DNA of 20,034 nucleotides from Candidatus Heimdallarchaeota archaeon (GTDB lineage Archaea; Asgardarchaeota; Heimdallarchaeia; JABLTI01): NCBI GenBank assembly GCA_030629105.1, contig DAOVPS010000032.1, positions 1 to 20,034 of the forward strand, read 5' to 3'. Shown piece by piece: positions 9,092 to 16,649 of this stretch (position 1 is its first letter; each line of letters starts with the position of its first letter). The notes under the pieces were generated by a model. It saw only the letters and a program-made list of their open reading frames with translations, ran no database searches and was not told where the DNA came from. The position numbers and the translations under genes were made by a program.

Positions 9092-9260
9092 GGGAAATTT
9101 CTCCTTCATCATAATGCAAGAAATAGATCTAATATGTTAAGACTAACAAAAGAAACTTAAAAGAGGTTTCTCCTTATAATTTAAAAGAAAGAACATTTGA
9201 TTCTAAATATGAGAGATATTATTAATTAGAAATTCTATAAAAAATAAGATTTAATAACAA

Positions 9261-9830
9261 ATGAGGAAACCCATGATGATGCTGAATTATACTACTTTTC
9301 CTTCAAACTATGGTGATTTTACCATTGTCTGGAAAAAATATAATTCAAACGTTCTAATACAACGAATATTTCTTGGTGATCATAAATTGAAATCTGAGGA
9401 AAAAGTAGCAGAAGCATTCCAAGATATTAATCTAAGATCATCATCAGCAATTGACGAACAAGTGAAAAAAATTCAGCGGTATCTCAAAGGTGAAGAAGTA
9501 GAATTTGATTTGAAATTATTGGATTTTGATAGATGCTCAGAAATACAAAAGAAAGTTCTCATAGCTGAATACAACATCCCAAGAGGGTGGATTAGCACCT
9601 ACAAACGAATTACTAACCATATTGGAATTGTTAACGGAGCAAGAGTAGTTGGAAACTCGTTAGCAAAGAACCCTTTCCCAATCTTCATTCCATGTCATAG
9701 AGCAATAAGAAGTAATAGTGAACTTGGAGGATACCAAGGAGGATTAGCAATGAAGCGATCTTTATTGGAGATGGAAGGAGTAGAAATTTCTGAAGAAGGA
9801 AAAATCATTTCAGATAAGATACATTATTAG
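9261..9830 (+). CDS. ogt: Methylated-DNA--protein-cysteine methyltransferase (Ogt/MGMT)
   Basis: The active-site motif is IPCHRAIRSNSELGGYQGG (PCHR), preceded by a helix-turn-helix region YKRITNHIG...ARVVGNSLAKNP. The start may instead be one of the ATGs at 9273-9281 (AGGA upstream). Confidence 0.9.
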   Translation: MRKPMMMLNYTTFPSNYGDFTIVWKKYNSNVLIQRIFLGDHKLKSEEKVAEAFQDINLRSSSAIDEQVKKIQRYLKGEEVEFDLKLLDFDRCSEIQKKVLIAEYNIPRGWISTYKRITNHIGIVNGARVVGNSLAKNPFPIFIPCHRAIRSNSELGGYQGGLAMKRSLLEMEGVEISEEGKIISDKIHY

Positions 9831-9930
9831 CAATTCATGATATGCTCCAAAACAGCTTTTTCAAGCATTCAAAACCAGGATTTTTGATTACGTATAATAA
9901 ATCGATTGCCTAATTCTGGTTGGTGAAGAC

Positions 9931-11013
9931 ATGGGCAAGACAACAATAGGAATAAAAATCATACTTGTTCTCGCGTTAATCAATATTTTATGTATAACTT
10001 ACAAGTCAAGCAGTATCAGTGAACCAAATGGTGATGGTGGAATATATATTCCAGAGTCATGCACAATTTTCACAACTACAATTGGTGAAAAGATATATTT
10101 CAGTAATAATGAAGATTACAAATATGATGGAACCTATATATGGTTAATTCCAAGTCAAGAAAGATATACTCCATCAGGATATATACAAATAAATGGGGGA
10201 GTATTTTTCGGATTTGACGATAACAATGATCCAAAAGTAGATGGAAATCCACAAGGAGGAATGAATGATAAGGGATTATGTTTAGATTCAAATGGATTAC
10301 CGCCTACAGAAGTAAACTACTCGTCAGGAATATCCTTTCCATATATTCATCCTTTTTTTGAAATTCTTTGGGAGTGTAGTACAGTAAATGAGACTATTGA
10401 ATGGTTTACAACTCATTATTTTCAAACATATATGGGGTGCCAAATTCATTTTGCTGATGCATCTGGAGATGCAGTTGTTGCTAGTGTAGATGCAGATGGA
10501 AATTTTGCTTTTACACAAATTAATAATACATCATACTTGGTGTCAACTAATTTCAATTTAGCCAATATTGAAAATGGTCATTATCCATGTCAACGTTATG
10601 AGACTGCATGTTCTATGTTAGAAGATATCACAACTGAAGATAGTCTAACAATTAAAGCATGTAGTGATGTGTTGGATGCTGTACACGGTGAAGGAGAATA
10701 TAGAACACGGTATAGTAATATCTTTGACATTACTAATCGAGAAATTTACATTTACCATGATCGGAACTATGAAAGAGTTGCAAAGCTAAATTTAGTAGAG
10801 GAATTAGCAAAGATTCTTCCAGAAGCAGATGGAACTGAAATTAAAAATTTTGTGTATTGCAAATCTATTAGAATTGCTGATTTGACTTATCAGTCAACAA
10901 AATCATTATCTGTTTATTCTATTGTTCTAATTGCTGGTTTAGCGGGAATTACTATCATTAGTAAAAGATTTTCAGTTAGATCAAAACTCAAAATAAAAAT
11001 GTTTAATCTATAG
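9931..11013 (+). CDS. Membrane-anchored extracytoplasmic Ntn-hydrolase (choloylglycine hydrolase / peptidase C45-like, Cys nucleophile)
   Basis: 360 aa with an N-terminal hydrophobic signal/anchor. PESC-TIFTTTIGEKIYFSNNEDY resembles the C-T-x-F nucleophile segment plus the (R/N)N-x-D-(W/Y) motif of linear-amide C-N hydrolases. There is a C-terminal TM (IVLIAGLAGITII) with a basic tail. GGTGA lies upstream of the ATG. The family call is by eye only. Confidence 0.5.
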   Translation: MGKTTIGIKIILVLALINILCITYKSSSISEPNGDGGIYIPESCTIFTTTIGEKIYFSNNEDYKYDGTYIWLIPSQERYTPSGYIQINGGVFFGFDDNNDPKVDGNPQGGMNDKGLCLDSNGLPPTEVNYSSGISFPYIHPFFEILWECSTVNETIEWFTTHYFQTYMGCQIHFADASGDAVVASVDADGNFAFTQINNTSYLVSTNFNLANIENGHYPCQRYETACSMLEDITTEDSLTIKACSDVLDAVHGEGEYRTRYSNIFDITNREIYIYHDRNYERVAKLNLVEELAKILPEADGTEIKNFVYCKSIRIADLTYQSTKSLSVYSIVLIAGLAGITIISKRFSVRSKLKIKMFNL

Positions 11014-11026
11014 CATATCTAAAGGG

Positions 11027-11069
11027 AAGTGGCGGGTGTGGGCGGATTCGAACCGCCGATCTCCCACTC
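11027..11069 (-). repeat. Perfect 43-bp copy of the tRNA-Arg(GCG) 3' half plus 3 nt of flank (att-like site, distal copy)
   Basis: AAGTGGCGGGTGTGGGCGGATTCGAACCGCCGATCTCCCACTC is identical at 43/43 positions to 13257-13299, offset 2,230 bp, in the same orientation. Identity ends inside the anticodon loop. Confidence 0.9.
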
Positions 11070-11084
11070 GAAGATAGAAGAGTT

Positions 11085-12653
11085 TCATTTCAACTTTCTT
11101 GCAACAATTATTATGATATTTGTTAAGGAAACGATAGAGAAAATTGTCCAAACGTAAATTGACAATGTAGTAGTTTCTGAGTTTTTAATTAAAGTAATTA
11201 ACAATGTGTAGTTTTGTGGTGTCGATACTCCGTCATAACAATTTATCCATAAATAGTAGATTCCAGAATAATGAGCAGTATAATTTAGCGTTTCTGGTGA
11301 AGTGTTTTTTTCACCAAAAGCAAGAATTTCTTCAACTGAACCACTGTAATTATGAGGAAGTAAATAGATATCAAGATTAAATTCTGTTTCATCAAATTCA
11401 ATTGTAGCACTAAAGAAATCATTTACATTTAAATTAAGTCTGAAGAAATCAGTGTCTAAGTAAATTAAATTTAGTAACAGGTTAAATGGAATCTCCGGAG
11501 CATTTTCAATAAAATCGTTTTCCTCGTAAATATCATCTATAATATAGTCAAATGGAAAATCAGACCAATTCATAATTGCAGGAGAGCTTAATGGATACAA
11601 ATCATAATTTGCTGGTCCAATTATTGGATAAAAACCAGAACCAATCCAATCAGACCAAAAGTTGCCTTCATTTATACCTGATAGATACCAAGTATTTAAG
11701 TTTGAAGAAGCACATCCCTGAGAGGCCCCATAACCATTATTTACAAAATTATTATGATGAATTACATTGTAGAGTGATCCTGTTTTTATGTTACAACCAT
11801 AACCATTATTGTCTTTTATAGTATTATAGGCGATTTCATTTTCATCACAATTATATAATCTTATACCATCAAGAAAGGAATTACTCAAAACAGTGTTATT
11901 GATAATTAAGTTGTTGTCACTACTTTGAAAGAGATAAATTCCTCCATATTCCTTTGAGCTTAAAATAGTATTATTGGCTAATAGGGAATTTGAAGTATCT
12001 CTTGTGAAAATTCCTCGATTAAAGTCATCTAATGAGTTATTGACAAGAATCAAATCATCGCAGTACGAGGAATAAATACCAGATGCACAGATATATCCTG
12101 CAGGGGAACCACCAACGAATGTGTTATTGTATGCGTATACACCTTCACAATAACTAATTCTCAAACCAGTATGGTCTTCTAATCCTATATTGTTAGCAAC
12201 AATAGTAAAATCAGCATACACAACCACAATAGCATCGGAATCGCACCCTTGGAACTGATTGTTAGCTATAACTGCGGTTCCATTGGAGATATTCTTAACA
12301 CGAAGACCGTCACCATTGACTTCAATATAACAATTGCGAACTATGAAATGTTTAGTTGTATTCCCAACAACAAGACCATCAGCATCTGTTGAATTAATAA
12401 TACTGTAGCCTTCTATCAGAAATGGATTTTCACGTGAACCGTCTCCAGGAAAACCATAATCAGTAAAACCACTATCACCATTTACTACAATTGGTACATG
12501 AGGTGTAAGAGTTTTCTTTCTTACATTTAAAGGATGGAATGCAATTGGCATTTGTATAGTAGTAAGTGAAAAATCACAAAATGTAAAAATGAACAAACTT
12601 GAAATTAATATAAACAATAAGACCCCACGAGATACAAGATTAGATATCTTCAT
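11085..12653 (-). CDS. Secreted right-handed parallel beta-helix (PbH1/NosD-like) surface protein with a PPC-like domain and C-terminal membrane anchor
   Basis: 522 aa with an N-terminal signal-like TM. Many repeats follow the N-x-(I/V)-x-x-N...G-(I/L)-x-(L/I) pattern (e.g. NNTILSSKEYGGIYLFQSSDNNLIINNTVLSNSFLDGIRLYNCDENEIAYNTIKDNNGYG). Next comes YEENDFIENAPEI...DTDFFRLNL...LDIYLL, typical of pre-peptidase C-terminal domains. The C-terminal TM ends with ARKLK. N-X-S/T sequons are numerous. Confidence 0.8.
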   Translation of the reverse strand: MKISNLVSRGVLLFILISSLFIFTFCDFSLTTIQMPIAFHPLNVRKKTLTPHVPIVVNGDSGFTDYGFPGDGSRENPFLIEGYSIINSTDADGLVVGNTTKHFIVRNCYIEVNGDGLRVKNISNGTAVIANNQFQGCDSDAIVVVYADFTIVANNIGLEDHTGLRISYCEGVYAYNNTFVGGSPAGYICASGIYSSYCDDLILVNNSLDDFNRGIFTRDTSNSLLANNTILSSKEYGGIYLFQSSDNNLIINNTVLSNSFLDGIRLYNCDENEIAYNTIKDNNGYGCNIKTGSLYNVIHHNNFVNNGYGASQGCASSNLNTWYLSGINEGNFWSDWIGSGFYPIIGPANYDLYPLSSPAIMNWSDFPFDYIIDDIYEENDFIENAPEIPFNLLLNLIYLDTDFFRLNLNVNDFFSATIEFDETEFNLDIYLLPHNYSGSVEEILAFGEKNTSPETLNYTAHYSGIYYLWINCYDGVSTPQNYTLLITLIKNSETTTLSIYVWTIFSIVSLTNIIIIVARKLK

Positions 12654-12737
12654 TTAATCAACCCAATTCCTACTTGAATTAAACCAAATAACTAAATCAA
12701 ATCAGTTAATATTAATCTTATGACAAAAAGAAATTAG

Positions 12738-12776
12738 AAGTGGCGGGTGTGGGCGGATTTGAACCGCCAAACTCCA
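12738..12776 (-). repeat. Degenerate third copy of the tRNA-Arg 3' half (older or heterologous att-like scar)
   Basis: AAGTGGCGGGTGTGGGCGGATTtGAACCGCCaAaCTCCaA... has 1 mismatch in the first 32 nt (flank, CCA, acceptor, T arm). It then decays through the variable-loop and anticodon-stem region. No 5' half adjoins it. Confidence 0.75.
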
Positions 12777-12810
12777 AACGCCTATCGAATAATTTTTTTA
12801 TTTCAAAATT

Positions 12811-13206
12811 TTATTGCTTCGTTTTTATTTTAGTACGAGTGATTCTTGTAATTGTATCAACCCATTGTCCACTAAGAAGTGAAGTTCGAAAATAAACTTT
12901 AAACAGAGTATCAGGATTTCTTCGAGGAAAATCATGATGTATAACATTTATACTAAACCTATTGCCAAGACGAAAAATAGTCTTATAGAAATGGCCAATA
13001 CCATAACCAGAGAAATCTTTTGGTAATCCTCGATCACCAAGATGAGCTCGAAATGGTTCATCTCCTAAATTACATGCTAAAGCATAAACAAGACTTTCAT
13101 ATTCCCTTCCACGATTCTCTTGCAACTTTTTGAATTGTTTAAGAGCACGGGGTGTGAAAGTAAGATATTTACCTTGAGCAAGAGCTTGTCGAACATTACT
13201 ACTCAT
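12811..13206 (-). CDS. Hypothetical protein with RelE/ParE-toxin-like segments, no adjacent antitoxin ORF
   Basis: 131 aa. YLTFTPRALKQFKKL parallels the E. coli RelE N-terminus YFLDFDERALKEWRKL. YKTIFRLGNRFSINVIHHD parallels YKIKLRSSGYRLVYQVIDE. The comparison is by eye, and the protein is ~35 aa longer than typical RelE. Confidence 0.4.
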   Translation of the reverse strand: MSSNVRQALAQGKYLTFTPRALKQFKKLQENRGREYESLVYALACNLGDEPFRAHLGDRGLPKDFSGYGIGHFYKTIFRLGNRFSINVIHHDFPRRNPDTLFKVYFRTSLLSGQWVDTITRITRTKIKTKQ

Positions 13207-13259
13207 AGCAAAATCACAAAACTACTTTTGATTTTTGATATGTAAGTATTATGCAAAAG

Positions 13260-13337
13260 TGGCGGGTGTGGGCGGATTCGAACCGCCGATCTCCCACTCC
13301 GCAGGCGGGCGCAATATCCAAGCTCTACTACACACCC
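13260..13337 (-). tRNA. tRNA-Arg (anticodon GCG), 78 nt with genomically encoded CCA
   Basis: The reverse complement folds as a cloverleaf: GGGTGTG-TA-GTAG-AGCTTGGATA-TTGC-G-CCCGC-CTGCGGA-GTGGG-AGATC-GGCGG-TTCGAAT-CCGCC-CACACCC-G-CCA. The acceptor stem has 7 perfect bp. The anticodon stem has 5 bp with one G-U. The T arm is 5 bp with a TTCGAAT loop. The D stem has two G-U pairs. The anticodon loop is C-U-GCG-G-A. Confidence 0.92.
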
Positions 13338-13361
13338 ATGTTTTAGACAATCCTAGCTTCG

Positions 13362-13375
13362 TATTTTTAAAAATA
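13362..13375 (-). promoter_or_regulatory. TATA-box-like element upstream of tRNA-Arg
   Basis: The palindromic TATTTTTAAAAATA lies 25-38 nt upstream of the tRNA 5' end (13337). This is the expected spacing for an archaeal TATA box. Confidence 0.45.
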
Positions 13376-13421
13376 TGCATTCAGAATAAAATAAGAGTAA
13401 GAAATGAAAGGTAATTGGTTA

Positions 13422-14280
13422 TTACTCCTTCAATTTGTTTTGATTGAACCCATCGCCCGGTCCTTTGTAGCGAGGATATTTCTCTTTGTTTAGAGTTCCT
13501 TCTTTAAACTGAATAGCGTCTTCTGGACAGAGATTATAGCACCTCATACAAATATTGCAGTCATCGCCCCAAATAAATTCTTCATTCTCAAATCGAATAT
13601 TATTCGTTGGGCAATATTCCACACATAGCATGCATTCTGTACACGTTTCCTTTTCTACAAAATAATTACGAGCCCATCTTGTCCAACCGATTAATTTCAT
13701 AGGTACTCTTTGCGATAAACCACCAGAAACATTGATTGGATCCCAGCCTTGCAACCATCTTTTTCCTTTTATTATTTTTTTAACCAATTTATCGACTTTT
13801 TTTGCAGCTTTTTCTTTTAGTTTAGTTATTTCTTCTTCACTAGACATAGGAAATGATCTAACAATTGGATAAGGTAATTTGACATTATTTGGCATACGAA
13901 TATTTGTTGCTTGTTTTACTTTGAATCCCTTCATTCTTAGTTTACGAGCAGCGACTAGCGCTCCGTCACCACTGAAAAGCATCATTGTTGTAAAGACGAA
14001 TGCATGTTTTCCTTTGTTCTTGGATAATGATTTTATAAAATCAATGTATGTTAATGGTAAATCTGAGCCAAAAATTGGATAACCGAAACCAACTAAAGAT
14101 GCTTCTTCTATTAATGCTTGTACTTTTTTGTTATCGCTAATTTCCTCAGCTTCGATGGAATATTTCTTTGTTTCAATTCCACTTTGAGTTAATTTTTCTT
14201 CGATTTGATTCGCGACCCACCAAGTATTTCCTGTTCCACTAAAATAGAAAATTACTGCTTTTATTTTTATTACACTCCAT
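13422..14280 (-). CDS. Flavodoxin-like domain fused to a 2x[4Fe-4S] ferredoxin domain (EFR1-type); the N-terminus lacks an in-frame canonical start
   Basis: The track ORF (13422..13985) holds CTECMLCVEYCP and CNICMRCYNLCP. The same frame stays open up to the TAA at 14310-14312. It encodes IKIKAVIFYFSGTGNTWWVANQIEEKL...GFGYPIFGSDLP, a flavodoxin FMN-phosphate loop, with no ATG, GTG or TTG. ATG 14278-14280 comes into frame if one A of the A5 run (14264-14268) is removed. Confidence 0.7.
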
Positions 14281-14320
14281 AGGCATATCAGTATTTTAGA
14301 ATAAAAACCTTAAGGGAGAC

Positions 14321-15037
14321 TCATTTCTCGAAAATACTTTTCATTTCCTCAAAAGAACTTATTTTTAGATTTGGTATTCGCAAACCTTCAAGTTCACTAT
14401 TAACCCCGTATCTATCTATTAAAACAGAAAACATTCCTACACGATTGGCACCCATCACATCAGAACTAGGATTATCACCCACGAAAACAGTTTGTTCAGC
14501 AGTGGTTTTTAATCTTGATAATGATTCATGAAAAATCTTCATGCCAGGTTTTGATAAGGGAAACTCATTGCATGGAGCAATTACAAATTCAAAATGGTGT
14601 TCTATTCCAGCATTGTTAAGTCGTTTATGGATAATTTCTGTGTCACCATTTGAGACAATTGCCATCCTGATTCCTTTCTTCTCCAAATAATTAATCAAAC
14701 TTATTGCATCAGGATAAGGTTTAGATCTCTTACTATATTCTTGTCGCATATACTCCCAGTAATTATCTGCTTCTTCTATGGATATTTCCTTGCCAAATGC
14801 TTTTAGTGCTAATACTAGAGATCTCCCCATATTTTCTCGATCTATGCAAAAACCAACTTCTTCGACAACTCGAGATTGTTCTGAAAAATATAATCCATCC
14901 CACTTTGAGTGAACTTGATCAACTAAATCCTCTGACAACCCTAGACTAACTAATACTCTCTTCGTTACAATTTCATGTATTCCTTGATTGTTGAAAATCG
15001 TTTCATCTGCATCGAAAATTACTGCTTCAAAAGTCAT
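14321..15037 (-). CDS. HAD-superfamily hydrolase (subfamily IA-like phosphatase)
   Basis: Motif I is VIFDADETIF (DxDxT), motif II is IVSNG, and motifs III/IV are K...GDNPSSDVMGA. 238 aa. Confidence 0.85.
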   Translation of the reverse strand: MTFEAVIFDADETIFNNQGIHEIVTKRVLVSLGLSEDLVDQVHSKWDGLYFSEQSRVVEEVGFCIDRENMGRSLVLALKAFGKEISIEEADNYWEYMRQEYSKRSKPYPDAISLINYLEKKGIRMAIVSNGDTEIIHKRLNNAGIEHHFEFVIAPCNEFPLSKPGMKIFHESLSRLKTTAEQTVFVGDNPSSDVMGANRVGMFSVLIDRYGVNSELEGLRIPNLKISSFEEMKSIFEK

Positions 15038-15181
15038 GCTAATCCTATCACAAGTTACTTCTTTCTACTTCAGTTTATAATATTCTTCATTTATGTTATT
15101 AAAGCAGTGCCTTTTTTTTGTGAATTGACTAAAAGGTAAAAAGGAAACTAGTAAACTATAGTCTAAGGACGTTTGTTTCTG

Positions 15182-16546
15182 ATGACTTTACCAACAACAC
15201 ATATAGCTTTAGCAGCAATAATTGTCTGGGTATTAATGGGTAAGAAGAATCGACAAATTTTCAAAAAGAAATTATGGTTATTTACTCTTCTAACGCTTTT
15301 TTCATTTTTGCCCGATGTTGATACGCTTTTCTACATTCATAGAACGTATTTCCATTCTATTGTTTGGCCAACGTTCATTATTCTCGGAGTGTTTGGATGG
15401 TTGAGTTTTGAGAAGCTAATTAGGAAAAAAGTCATTGGGGAAAAAGCTAGTTTGATTTGGCGATCAATAATAATTGCTTGTGCTTTCCTTATCCTTCACA
15501 GTATAATGGATTTAAATCCAGGTCCAGTCTTATTGTTCTATCCTTTTGATAACAGAATGTATCGATGGAATGTCTCTATGGTTTGGGATCTCGACACAGT
15601 TTATTTCCTAAAAGAATTAAAGTTTAATTGGTCAAGTATATCTTTCAAAGAGGGAATAGACAATTCGTTATTCAATCTTACACCCCAACAAAAAATAGAT
15701 TATTTTGGCACACAATATATTGAACTCTTTATTACCGAATTTCCAATACACTTCTTGTCATTTCTAACTTGGATAATTTTATTCCCGGTTACTTCAGTAG
15801 TTTTGTTGCTTAGAAAACGTCAAAAACCAAACAATTTCTTCAAGAAATTACTCAAGTTAAGAAATCCAATGATAGTTGGTGGTTTAATTCTTCTTACTTT
15901 TGGATTAACTCTAGGCCCCGGTTTTGGTTTAAATCGAGCGGAGGATCAAGAACATAATCAATGGCTTAATTTCTCTCAGAATGAAATATTCTATGGAACA
16001 ACACGGAATTTTGAGTTAGATAAAAATGATGCTTTAAGCATGACCGGTCTTTTTGCTGGGAATAACTCAGTATGCGAAATTACTGCAGTGATTGCCAATG
16101 AAGAGCAATTTACGAATGTTGATGAATCCTTAACTGAAGTATTTAGTCTTTACAATAATACTTCAAGTTATAATTACACCTGGCTAATATCGAGTTATCG
16201 AAACATCACGCAAAATTTCATAGCAAATTCATTAGTTCATTATTCATTAACTCAAAATCAGACTACTGGAATAAACTACACTTTGACTGATAAAATGACT
16301 CTGTATGCTGTTGCCTTAATTGTTGATTGGAACACATCAATTGACTTTGAGGTTGATACAAAAATTGTAAACACATTACATATTAAACGCGTTCTAGAAT
16401 TTTCTTTTGGTATGGTTTTTACAACTATAGGATTAATTATAGCTGTAATTCCTATAATTGATATTATTGCGAAGATGAGAGATGAAAAGGAAAAAATCAT
16501 AGAAGAATCCGTAAAAATTGAGGAAAAACAAAAGATAAGTGAGTAA
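15182..16546 (+). CDS. Membrane protein: N-terminal DUF457/YdjM-like metal-dependent hydrolase domain fused to a large N-X-S/T-rich extracytoplasmic domain and a C-terminal TM
   Basis: TTHIALAA...FSFLPDVDTLFYIHRTYFHSIVWP matches the H...LPD(I/V)D...HR..(T/F)HS pattern of membrane-embedded DUF457 hydrolases. Multiple TM segments follow, then ~170 aa rich in glycosylation sequons, a final TM and an acidic/basic tail. ATG 15182 is preferred over TTG 15173. Confidence 0.6.
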   Translation: MTLPTTHIALAAIIVWVLMGKKNRQIFKKKLWLFTLLTLFSFLPDVDTLFYIHRTYFHSIVWPTFIILGVFGWLSFEKLIRKKVIGEKASLIWRSIIIACAFLILHSIMDLNPGPVLLFYPFDNRMYRWNVSMVWDLDTVYFLKELKFNWSSISFKEGIDNSLFNLTPQQKIDYFGTQYIELFITEFPIHFLSFLTWIILFPVTSVVLLLRKRQKPNNFFKKLLKLRNPMIVGGLILLTFGLTLGPGFGLNRAEDQEHNQWLNFSQNEIFYGTTRNFELDKNDALSMTGLFAGNNSVCEITAVIANEEQFTNVDESLTEVFSLYNNTSSYNYTWLISSYRNITQNFIANSLVHYSLTQNQTTGINYTLTDKMTLYAVALIVDWNTSIDFEVDTKIVNTLHIKRVLEFSFGMVFTTIGLIIAVIPIIDIIAKMRDEKEKIIEESVKIEEKQKISE

Positions 16547-16590
16547 AGGATTAGTTTACTCACTTTCATCTTTAAAGAGGTTATTTTTTA
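16539..16590 (+). terminator. Hairpin overlapping the stop codon, followed by T-rich tracts
   Basis: A perfect 9-bp stem GTGAGTAAA/TTTACTCAC (16539-16547 / 16555-16563) has a 7-nt loop. It is followed by TTTCATCTTT and a T6 run at 16584-16589. Confidence 0.45.
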
Positions 16591-16649
16591 TGGAATGAAT
16601 CATAAGAAATAATTAGTTTGATATCTATTGATTCGTGTGGTTGACAAAA

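Larger units (their letters stand above)
11027..13299 (-). mobile_element. Putative degraded or non-autonomous integrated element(s) at the 3' end of tRNA-Arg, bounded by direct repeats
   Basis: Perfect 43-bp direct repeats flank 2.2 kb, with a degenerate third copy inside. The cargo is one beta-helix surface protein and one RelE-like ORF. No integrase is recognisable, so mobility is inferred from the att-like architecture alone. Confidence 0.45.

Noticed and set aside
11029-12776. The two tRNA 3'-half copies might be genes for split tRNA halves, as in Nanoarchaeum or Caldivirga, since the break lies next to the canonical 37/38 intron position.
   Set aside because: Neither copy has an upstream leader that could pair with a 5'-half trailer to form a bulge-helix-bulge. 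The copy at 11027-11069 is immediately preceded by the 3' end of the beta-helix coding region rather than a promoter. The copy at 12738-12776 is mutated in the anticodon-stem region. An intact full-length gene with the identical sequence exists 2.2 kb away. Direct repeats of a tRNA 3' half are much better explained as integration scars.
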